32,000 nucleotides of DNA from assembly GCA_022843095.1 (NCBI GenBank), contig JALHOH010000001.1, positions 570,001 through 602,000 of the forward strand, in the 5' to 3' direction. This document shows positions 8,708-14,911 of the stretch, in pieces; position 1 is the first letter of the stretch, and every line of letters starts with the position of its first letter. The position numbers and the translations under genes are program-made. The notes under the pieces were generated by a model, which did no database searches, was not told the DNA's origin, and was given only the letters and a program-made list of their open reading frames with translations. The stretch comes from Candidatus Saccharimonadota bacterium (lineage in GTDB: Bacteria; Patescibacteriota; Patescibacteriia; 2-12-FULL-60-25).

Positions 8708-8749
8708 TCATCACCATTATTCCATTTTTTCCACAGATGCGTGCAACCT

Positions 8750-8980
8750 ATGGCGAAACCGTCCTCCCCGAATAAGGAATTCCTGGTGATGAAGGGGATG
8801 GTCACAGAGAACCTTCCTGGAACCACGTTCCGGGTAAAACTCGACTCCGGCCAGGAGATTTTGTGTTATTTGGGCGGGAAAATGCGCATGAATCGCATTC
8901 GGTTAACCCCGGGTGATTCCGTCCAGGTAGAAGTGAGTCCATACGATTTGACAAAGGGTCGCATAACATTTAGATTGTAG
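8750..8980 (+). CDS. infA: translation initiation factor IF-1
   Basis: It has the S1-like fold signature GMVTENLPGTTFRVKLDSGQEILCYLGGKMRMNRIRLTPGDSVQVEVSPYDLTKGRITFR. I prefer the ATG at 8750 because the track start at 8678 overlaps the promoter. Confidence 0.95.
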   Translation: MAKPSSPNKEFLVMKGMVTENLPGTTFRVKLDSGQEILCYLGGKMRMNRIRLTPGDSVQVEVSPYDLTKGRITFRL

Positions 8981-9005
8981 TCCCTGAAGCTTGGGACTTA
9001 TTTTT
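8979..9005 (+). terminator. weak hairpin plus T-rich tract between infA and rpmJ, a possible attenuator
   Basis: AGTCCC (8979-8984) pairs with GGGACT (8993-8998) around an 8-nt loop, followed by TATTTTT. The stem is short, so it is likely only a partial terminator. Confidence 0.35.
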
Positions 9006-9025
9006 GTAGATACAGAATAAAAGGT

Positions 9026-9142
9026 ATGAAGGTCCGCTCCTCCGTCAAGGCCATGTGCCGTGACTGTCAAGTAACGCGCCGCAAAGGTCGCGTGGTTGTC
9101 GTGTGCGCAAAAAACCCCAAGCATAAACAACGCCAAGGGTAA
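9026..9142 (+). CDS. rpmJ: 50S ribosomal protein L36
   Basis: This gene is not in the ORF track because it is only 38 aa. My own translation is [38 protein letters not shown]. It has the zinc-ribbon C-C-C-H pattern, the conserved NPKHKQRQG tail, and the canonical position between infA and rpsM. Confidence 0.95.
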   Translation: MKVRSSVKAMCRDCQVTRRKGRVVVVCAKNPKHKQRQG

Positions 9143-9171
9143 TTATTCGTCTAGTCGTTTTACGTCTTGTT

Positions 9172-9558
9172 ATGGCACGTATTGCCGGTGTCACACTTCC
9201 ACAGAACAAGCGCGTTGATATCGCGCTCTCTTATCTCTACGGGATCGGCCCCACGCTTTCCAAGAAAATCTTGGCGAAGACCGGGGTGAATGGCGCAGTG
9301 CGCGTCAAGGATCTTCCGGAGGCGGATGCAAACAAGCTCCGCGACGAAATCGAAAAGAACTACAAAGTGGAGGGTGAACTCCGCCGCGATGTGCTCTCGA
9401 ACATCAAGCGCTTGAAGGAAATCGGTGCATACCGTGGGACGCGCCACATCCGTGGCTTGCCCGTTCGCGGTCAGCGCACGAAGACCAATTCCCGCACGGT
9501 GCGCGGCAACGTCCGCCGCACGATGGGTTCTGGGAAGCGCAAGCTCGAGAAGACGTAA
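9172..9558 (+). CDS. rpsM: 30S ribosomal protein S13
   Basis: It reads MARIAGV.LP.NKRV..AL..IYGIG and has [17 protein letters not shown]. Its operon position is conserved. Confidence 0.97.
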   Translation: MARIAGVTLPQNKRVDIALSYLYGIGPTLSKKILAKTGVNGAVRVKDLPEADANKLRDEIEKNYKVEGELRRDVLSNIKRLKEIGAYRGTRHIRGLPVRGQRTKTNSRTVRGNVRRTMGSGKRKLEKT

Positions 9559-9576
9559 TCCCTTTGCGACACTGCT

Positions 9577-10023
9577 ATGTCTGAAGAAAAGAACGTGGCG
9601 ACTGCGGTCGCCGAATCGGCTGGAAAAGCGAAGGCTTCCAAAGCCAAGCCGAAGAAGGGAAAGAAGGCCCGCGCCCAGGTCGCCCAGGGCAAGGCGTTTA
9701 TCAACGCAACGTTTAACAACACGATCGTTTCGCTGACGGACATGAACGGCAACGTTTTGTCCTGGTCTAGCGCAGGCGTCGTCGGTTTCAAGGGTCCGAA
9801 GAAGGCCACGCCGTACGCCGCGTCGGTGATCGTGAAGGATGCGATTGAAAAAGCGAAAGAATCCGGATTGAAGGACGTGAACGTCTTCATTCGCGGTGTT
9901 GGCCAGGGTCGCGAAGGCGCCCTCCGTGCGTTGAACGCAAATGGCCTGAACATCACGGCGATCAAGGACATCACGCCGACCCCACATAACGGGTGTCGTC
10001 CGCCGCGCCCACGCCGCGTGTAA
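9577..10023 (+). CDS. rpsK: 30S ribosomal protein S11 with a Lys/Ala-rich N-terminal extension
   Basis: It has the motifs [27 protein letters not shown] and [16 protein letters not shown]. Confidence 0.97.
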   Translation: MSEEKNVATAVAESAGKAKASKAKPKKGKKARAQVAQGKAFINATFNNTIVSLTDMNGNVLSWSSAGVVGFKGPKKATPYAASVIVKDAIEKAKESGLKDVNVFIRGVGQGREGALRALNANGLNITAIKDITPTPHNGCRPPRPRRV

Positions 10024-10055
10024 TTCTCCCTCCATTGGCTGACTGGTCCCAACCT

Positions 10056-10673
10056 ATGCGTTTGAAACTCAAAGCGAAAATTTCCCGCCGCGAAGGCGTC
10101 GCGATCTCCGACGCGGCTTCGCATACCCGCGCGCTGGCAAAGCGTCCGTACGCGCCGGGCGTTCACGGTCCGGATTCCCGCACCCGCATGACGGATTACG
10201 GGAAGCAGCTCCGTGAAAAGCAGAAGGCAAAGCGTTTGTATGGTTTGAATGAACGCCAATTCTCCAACCTGTTCGAAGAAGCAACGCGCAAGCGTGGCAA
10301 CACGGGGGAGACGTTGGTGCAGCTCTTGGAACGTCGTCTGGATAACGCCGTCTACCGCGCCGGGTTTGCAAAGACCCGCGCCATGGCGCGCCAGGCCGTG
10401 GTCCACGCCCACTTCAACGTGAACGGCAAGCCGGTGAACATCCCATCGTACCGCGTCCGCGCGGGCGAAGTGGTCACCATCCGTGAAACGAAGAAGGGAA
10501 AGGGGATTTGGAAGACGATTGAAGAGACGTTGCAGAACAAGAAGGAAACGCCGTCCTGGTTGTCCCTGAACGCCAAGGAGGCATCGGTGAAAGTCACGGG
10601 TGTGCCGCAAGGCTCGGACCTCCAAAACCAACCCTACGATCCAAAGATGATCGTCGAATTTTACTCCCGCTAA
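10056..10673 (+). CDS. rpsD: 30S ribosomal protein S4
   Basis: Starting at the ATG at 10056 gives 205 aa reading MRLKLKAKISRREGV...PGVHG...YGKQLREKQKAKRLYGLNERQF. The track start at 9993 overlaps rpsK. Confidence 0.95.
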   Translation: MRLKLKAKISRREGVAISDAASHTRALAKRPYAPGVHGPDSRTRMTDYGKQLREKQKAKRLYGLNERQFSNLFEEATRKRGNTGETLVQLLERRLDNAVYRAGFAKTRAMARQAVVHAHFNVNGKPVNIPSYRVRAGEVVTIRETKKGKGIWKTIEETLQNKKETPSWLSLNAKEASVKVTGVPQGSDLQNQPYDPKMIVEFYSR

Positions 10674-10708
10674 TCTTTCACCTTGGTCCCTTTGGACCTT
10701 CCTTTCCT

Positions 10709-11416
10709 ATGGAACCACTCTTGCTGCCATCCAAGATCCGGTTCTCCCGCGGTGAGCGGCCGAACGAAGGTATGTTGATCGTTGAACCGTGTGCCCAGGG
10801 CTACGGAACGACGCTCGGCAACGCCATCCGTCGCGTGCTGCTGACCTCCCTTCCCGGCGCGGCTGTGACCGCGGTACGCATCAAGGGTGCGGACCATGAA
10901 TTCACAACGTTGCCACATGTGAAGGAGGACGTGCTGGAGATCATCCTGAACCTCAAAATGCTCCGGATGAAACTCTTTTCTGAAGAGCCGGTGAAGATCA
11001 CCCTCTCGGTGAAGGGAGAAAAGAAGGTGACGGCGAAGGAGTTTGCGAAGGATGCGTTGGTTGAGATCGTAAACCCTGACCTGCACATTGCCACCTTGAC
11101 CGATGCGTCTGCCCACTTCGAACTCGAATGCTGGATCGGCGCCGGTCGTGGGTATCGCTCCACCGAAGAACGGAGCAAGGAAAAGCTTGAACTTGGCACG
11201 ATCGCCGTCGATGCGTTGTACAGCCCAGTGCTGAACGTGTCGTACAAGGTCGAAGCCACGCGTGTCGGAGATCGGACGGACTACGATAAGCTCGTGCTCC
11301 GTGTCGAAACGGATGGAACGCTTGATCCGTTGGATGCGTGCAACCAATCTGTGAAAATCCTGATGGACCACTTCGCCCTCCTCCAGGACTTGACCTATAG
11401 CGAAGAAACCGCCTAA
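10709..11416 (+). CDS. rpoA: DNA-directed RNA polymerase alpha subunit, N-terminal domain only (235 aa)
   Basis: It has GYGTTLGNAIRRVLLTSLPGAAVTAVRI, then YSPVLNVSYKVEATRVGDRTDYDKLVLRVETDGTLDP. It ends at ...LLQDLTYSEETA, about where the linker begins in long-form alpha. rplQ starts 24 nt later. Confidence 0.93.
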   Translation: MEPLLLPSKIRFSRGERPNEGMLIVEPCAQGYGTTLGNAIRRVLLTSLPGAAVTAVRIKGADHEFTTLPHVKEDVLEIILNLKMLRMKLFSEEPVKITLSVKGEKKVTAKEFAKDALVEIVNPDLHIATLTDASAHFELECWIGAGRGYRSTEERSKEKLELGTIAVDALYSPVLNVSYKVEATRVGDRTDYDKLVLRVETDGTLDPLDACNQSVKILMDHFALLQDLTYSEETA

Positions 11417-11439
11417 CTGTTCCCGACTGAACCTCGTGT

Positions 11440-11793
11440 ATGCGCCACCGCCGAGTAGGAAAAACACTTGACCGGAAGGCCGGCCCACGCCGTGCCTTGC
11501 TTCGCAATCTTGCGACGTCCCTGGTCCTCTACGAACACGTGAACACCACCCTCGCGAAAGCGAAGGCTGTGCGTCCGCTCGTGGAACGCTTGATTACCAA
11601 AGGAAAGACGAAGTCCTTGGTGACGCGCCGCGCTCTTGCAGAGACCCTCACGACCGAAAACGCCGTGCTGAAGGTCATGGAAGAGCTTGGTCCGCGCTAT
11701 GCAGCCCGGAAGGGCGGGTACACCCGGATTATCAAACTCGGGAACCGTAAAGGAGATGGCGCCGATGTGGCCCAGATCCAACTCGTGAAATAA
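11440..11793 (+). CDS. rplQ: 50S ribosomal protein L17
   Basis: It reads MRHRRVGKTLDRKAGPRRALLRNLATSLVLYEHVNTT. Its position after rpoA is conserved. Confidence 0.96.
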   Translation: MRHRRVGKTLDRKAGPRRALLRNLATSLVLYEHVNTTLAKAKAVRPLVERLITKGKTKSLVTRRALAETLTTENAVLKVMEELGPRYAARKGGYTRIIKLGNRKGDGADVAQIQLVK

Positions 11794-11795
11794 CT

Positions 11796-12176
11796 ATGGC
11801 CTGGAAGAAGAACCTGTCGCGTTCTGCGACGCGCGAAATCGTCACCATCGACGCCACGGACAAAGTGGTCGGTCGTTTGGCGACCCAGATTGCGCAGATT
11901 TTGATGGGGAAGAACAAGGCGACCTACGTTCCGCACATCGACTCCAACGTCGTCGTGAAGGTTACGAACGCATCCAAGCTGAAGCTCACGGGGAAGAAGC
12001 TTGAACAAAAGGAGCTTATCCGCAGCACCAACCGTCCAGGTGGGTTGAAGCGGACGCCGGTGTCCAAGCTGATGCAGACGAACCCGGGCGCGGTGTTGGA
12101 ACATGCGGTAAAATACATGCTTCCCAAGAACACGACGCAGAAGGAACGCTTGAAACGTTTGTCCATCGAAGCCTAA
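11796..12176 (+). CDS. rplM: 50S ribosomal protein L13
   Basis: It has IDATDKVVGRLATQIAQILMGKNK and MLPKN. It starts 2 nt after the rplQ stop. Confidence 0.95.
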   Translation: MAWKKNLSRSATREIVTIDATDKVVGRLATQIAQILMGKNKATYVPHIDSNVVVKVTNASKLKLTGKKLEQKELIRSTNRPGGLKRTPVSKLMQTNPGAVLEHAVKYMLPKNTTQKERLKRLSIEA

Positions 12177-12180
12177 CGGT

Positions 12181-12690
12181 ATGACCGAGACCAAAAAGAA
12201 AGCGCCGGCAAAGTCGGCCAAGAAGAAGGTAGAAGAGACGGTCGCTCCGGCAGAGGCGGTGGTGACGGAAGAAACGGTGGCGGCGGAAAAGGCGAAAGGC
12301 GGTTCGTATTTGTACGCCGTCGGTCGTCGCAAGACGTCCATCGCCCAGGTCCGTGTCATCAAGAACGGCAAGGGGACGATGACGGTGAATGGCAAGCCAG
12401 CGGATGCATACTTCACGACGTACGAATTGCGCACGATCGTGAACGGTCCGCTCAAGGTGTCCGGCCAGGAAACGGCCGTTGACGTCAGCGCTTCCGTGCA
12501 GGGCGGTGGAATCCGTGGCCAGGCGGAAGCTGTGCGCCTCGGCATCTCCCGCGCGTTGTGCGAGCTGAACCCGACGTTCCGCAAGACCCTGAAGAAGCTT
12601 GGTTACTTGACCCGCGATCCGCGTGCCAAGGAACGCAAGAAGCCAGGTCTTCGCAAAGCCCGTCGCGCTCCGCAGTGGAGCAAGCGCTAA
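12181..12690 (+). CDS. rpsI: 30S ribosomal protein S9 with a ~40-aa Lys/Ala/Glu-rich N-terminal extension
   Basis: It has GRRKTSIAQVRV, GGGIRGQAEAVRLGISRAL and the C-terminal KARRAPQWSKR. Confidence 0.96.
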   Translation: MTETKKKAPAKSAKKKVEETVAPAEAVVTEETVAAEKAKGGSYLYAVGRRKTSIAQVRVIKNGKGTMTVNGKPADAYFTTYELRTIVNGPLKVSGQETAVDVSASVQGGGIRGQAEAVRLGISRALCELNPTFRKTLKKLGYLTRDPRAKERKKPGLRKARRAPQWSKR

Positions 12691-12699
12691 TCGCGCCAC

Positions 12700-12727
12700 A
12701 AAAACACCCCAGAAATGGGGTGTTTTT
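12700..12727 (+). terminator. rho-independent terminator with A/T flanks, possibly bidirectional
   Basis: ACACCCC (12704-12710) pairs with GGGGTGT (12717-12723) around the loop AGAAAT. A T-run follows (12723-12727) and an A-run precedes it (12700-12704). Confidence 0.85.
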
Positions 12728-12738
12728 AGGTATTCGGA

Positions 12739-12767
12739 TTGACAAAGTGGAGAAATTGGTTTAGATT
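12739..12767 (+). promoter_or_regulatory. putative sigma70-type promoter of the orphan unit
   Basis: TTGACA (12739-12744), a 17-nt spacer, then TAGATT (12762-12767). It shares the GATTGACA context with the infA promoter. Confidence 0.55.
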
Positions 12768-12781
12768 TAGACGTTCGACTT

Positions 12782-12796
12782 CGATGTCGGACATCG
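12782..12796. promoter_or_regulatory. perfect 7-1-7 palindrome in the predicted 5' leader, either an operator-like site or a leader hairpin
   Basis: CGATGTC-G-GACATCG lies about 8-22 nt downstream of the predicted transcription start. One such palindrome in 32 kb is not significant by chance alone; only its position is notable. Confidence 0.3.
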
Positions 12797-12851
12797 GAAT
12801 CCCGAATGTTTCTGATGCGTGTGTCAGATAAGCAGTAGGAGGAGGTTAGAA

Positions 12852-13301
12852 ATGAATCAGAAGTACGGAGAATACCGGGTTCGTATGGCAACGCTCATGG
12901 CCGAGTTCTCAAAATTCAGGAATGACGAGCCCGATTTGGCTGGCCCAAAGGATGAGTGGCGGTTTCACCCCTCGTGCGCCACTTTTGATCAGGCACCCGG
13001 TGATCGCTTCATGCTCCTGAAAACCCTTCCCACAAGTATCGGGGTGGAAGACGCTATCATCATGATGGATCCGCTGGGTTACCGCCCCGCCACTCACCTC
13101 GAGCTGCGCGCGTTTCGAAAGGAGCATCTGCGGGTGGAGGAGCATCGGTTCCCGGTTATTGCCCTTGGTTCGTGGCGTGGTGACAGTGTCCGCTATTTCG
13201 AGTGCGTGGCCTTCTGTCCTGCGCGGTTTAGTGTCTGTGGTCCTATTTCGCTTGGCGAAAACCGGGAACCCCACGATCGTTTCCTCTGGGTTCGCAAGTA
13301 A
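12852..13301 (+). CDS. hypothetical protein (149 aa), orphan
   Basis: The ATG at 12852 is preceded by TAGGAGGAGG (12836-12845) with a 6-nt spacer. It has no TM segment or signal peptide and is Cys-, Trp- and Arg-containing with no motif I recognise. By eye its Pro and Thr codons (CCC, ACT) differ from the CCG and ACG favoured in flanking genes. Confidence 0.65.
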   Translation: MNQKYGEYRVRMATLMAEFSKFRNDEPDLAGPKDEWRFHPSCATFDQAPGDRFMLLKTLPTSIGVEDAIIMMDPLGYRPATHLELRAFRKEHLRVEEHRFPVIALGSWRGDSVRYFECVAFCPARFSVCGPISLGENREPHDRFLWVRK

Positions 13302-13384
13302 TCTCGTTCGTAGTCCGCGTTCCGTTTTCGCCCCTTTCTTGATACGCTTCTTTTGCCATCATCTGACGAAAAATAGCGTGAGGT

Positions 13385-13447
13385 GCGCTTCCCGCAAGGG
13401 GGTCAGAAAGGCGAATGCCTAGCGGGTGCAACTCCTGCTGGTGGCGC
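13385..13447 (+). other. GC-rich imperfect long hairpin, a possible structured RNA element of unknown class
   Basis: Hand-folded, GCGC (13385-13388) pairs with GCGC (13444-13447). Inner helices are GCA/TGC, GGGGT/ACTCC and the apical AGGC-GAAT-GCCT. An alternative local hairpin is CCC-GCAA-GGG with a GNRA loop. The element lies in a 226-nt non-coding gap just upstream of a strong terminator. Confidence 0.3.
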
Positions 13448-13456
13448 TCGGGTTCA

Positions 13457-13486
13457 ATCGGTATCCAACGGGATACCGATTTTTTT
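13457..13486 (+). terminator. strong rho-independent terminator
   Basis: A perfect 10-bp stem, ATCGGTATCC (13457-13466) pairing with GGATACCGAT (13471-13480), closes the loop AACG and is followed by T6. There is no A-run upstream, so it is plus-strand specific. Confidence 0.88.
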
Positions 13487-13527
13487 ATCCCCTCCAATCT
13501 GGCAGGTTTCCAAGGTACAGTGCGGGC

Positions 13528-14904
13528 ATGGGATTCATGGATCGATGCCAGAAAGTGGTACGAGCGCATCCGTTTTTGGCATTGTATGCCATCGCTCTTG
13601 CCGCGCAGCTTCTCTTTTTTTGGGGGATGATCCATGCGTCCGGTGGGTTGGGTGTCGCAACCCAGGCGATCGGGGATGAGGTGAGCTACCGGATGACGGC
13701 GCAAAATCTGATTGAATTTGGCGTATTTTCGCAGTCTGCTTCGGGGCCGCTTGTGCCAGATAGTGTTCGGACCCCTGGGTACCCCATGGTTCTAGGGGCG
13801 CTCTTTGCTTTGCTTGGGAAATCTTGGACGGCAGTCGTGGGTGTGCAGTCCGTGATGCTTGCCACCATCCCAGTCGTGCTCTTTGCCGTCCTGCGGCCGT
13901 TCCAGGCGCGGATCGCATGGGTTGCGAGTCTTGCCTTTGCCTTGTATCCCACGCGGTTGCACGTGGTGCATCAGACCCTGACAGATGGTTGGTACACGTT
14001 GATATTTTTACTGGGATGTTGGGCGCTGTTTCAGGGGATACGCGCTCCCTCGCGCCTTCGGTGGTTTGCACTTGCTGCGTTGTGGTTTGGGTATGGGGCG
14101 ATCGTACGACCGGCGGGGATGTTTGTCATCGTGCCTGTGTGTGTGGTGATCGGATTTGTGTTTCGTCATGCTTGGAAGCTTGCCTGCGCCAGAATTCTGC
14201 TGTGTACGTTTTTGTTTTCAGTGTGGCTTCTTCCCTGGATGGGGCGCAATGCTTGGATATTTGGCACCCCATCGCTGACGGTGGTCGGGGTCTTTAATGC
14301 TGCCAGTATTCACGCCATCCACTTTGAATCCTGGCGTACCGGAACACCGACCACGGAATTACACCAACGTCTGCTTGCGCATCTCGGGCATACGATGCCA
14401 CTGACCGGTCCTTCGCTTTGGGATGCGACGCGGTATCAGTCGTTTGCGGATGAGATCATTCAGCCACATCTTTCGCGCTATGTTGCCTTTCAACTGTACA
14501 AAACGATTCCGTTTGTGGTTCATGATGGAGTCGCGGGGCCACTGGAACGTGTCGGGGTACTTTCTTCCCAGCACGGCGTAAATCTTTCATCGATTCTGTT
14601 ACGTGGAGATGTTTCGGCAGTTGTCTCTGCGCTTGCATCGGCTTCGAGTGTGGTCGTCCGTGGCGTGGGCGCAGGCGTGTGGCTCTTGGTTTGGATCGCT
14701 GCCGCGCTTGGATTGCGGCAGATGGGGTGGGATCCGGATCGCCGTGCGTATGTGTATTCCATCGGTCTTTTTCTGCTGTATTTTGTGGCCGTGAATCACG
14801 GTCCGATCGCTCAAGGGCGGTATCGGTTGCCGATTGACGGGTTCCTGCTGTTCTTCGCGCTGTTTTTCGCGCATCATGTACGGAGACGCTTTCTTCGTTC
14901 CTAA
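13528..14904 (+). CDS. GT-C fold glycosyltransferase (ArnT/PMT, GT39/GT83-like) polytopic membrane protein
   Basis: I take the ATG at 13528 because the track start at 13426 runs through the terminator. After the first TM there is an acidic loop motif, GDEVSY, as in ArnT/PMT-type enzymes. It has more than 10 hydrophobic helices, and RTPGYP is present. Confidence 0.75.
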   Translation: MGFMDRCQKVVRAHPFLALYAIALAAQLLFFWGMIHASGGLGVATQAIGDEVSYRMTAQNLIEFGVFSQSASGPLVPDSVRTPGYPMVLGALFALLGKSWTAVVGVQSVMLATIPVVLFAVLRPFQARIAWVASLAFALYPTRLHVVHQTLTDGWYTLIFLLGCWALFQGIRAPSRLRWFALAALWFGYGAIVRPAGMFVIVPVCVVIGFVFRHAWKLACARILLCTFLFSVWLLPWMGRNAWIFGTPSLTVVGVFNAASIHAIHFESWRTGTPTTELHQRLLAHLGHTMPLTGPSLWDATRYQSFADEIIQPHLSRYVAFQLYKTIPFVVHDGVAGPLERVGVLSSQHGVNLSSILLRGDVSAVVSALASASSVVVRGVGAGVWLLVWIAAALGLRQMGWDPDRRAYVYSIGLFLLYFVAVNHGPIAQGRYRLPIDGFLLFFALFFAHHVRRRFLRS

Positions 14905-14911
14905 CGTTTGT

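Noticed and set aside
4049-10058. A recurrent AACCTATG just before the starts of mnmA, infA and rpsD, considered as a possible non-SD initiation motif. TAAC also appears near several other starts.
   Set aside because: Most TAAC cases are simply the upstream gene's TAA stop codon. The three AACCTATG occurrences are too few to separate from chance without a genome-wide count.
10685-10698. A small hairpin, GGTCC-CTTT-GGACC, between rpsD and rpoA, considered as a possible terminator.
   Set aside because: It has only 5 bp and no following T-run. It sits inside a conserved operon, so it is at most a processing or stability element and is not supportable as a feature.
9160-12891. Five long minus-strand ORFs (9160..10035, 9471..10631, 10670..11488, 11697..12584, 12016..12891; 272-386 aa) lie opposite the ribosomal-protein operon.
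   Set aside because: They are antisense to unmistakable rps/rpl/rpoA genes. Their translations are Arg/Gly/Pro/His-rich low-complexity strings with no motifs and no start context. They are typical shadow ORFs of GC-rich coding DNA.
13385-13447. A possible small SRP (4.5S) RNA. The element is rod-like and contains CCCGCAA and GUCAG...AGC, which is reminiscent of E. coli 4.5S domain IV.
   Set aside because: The apical loop is GAAU, not GNRA. The would-be symmetric loop reads CAGAA/AGCG rather than CAGG/AGCA. The helix between the loops cannot form (GGU against GGU), and the asymmetric loop is on the wrong side. The reverse complement fits no better. A covariance-model scan is needed for certainty.
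13449-13470. A T-loop-like GGTTCAATC string that suggested a tRNA.
   Set aside because: There is no complementary T-stem and no acceptor or anticodon arms. The sequence is the 5' flank and left arm of the terminator hairpin.
13426-13527. An upstream extension of the GT-C ORF (track start at 13426).
   Set aside because: It would be translated straight through the 10-bp terminator hairpin and T-run at 13457-13486. The conserved-looking protein begins at MGFMDR (13528).
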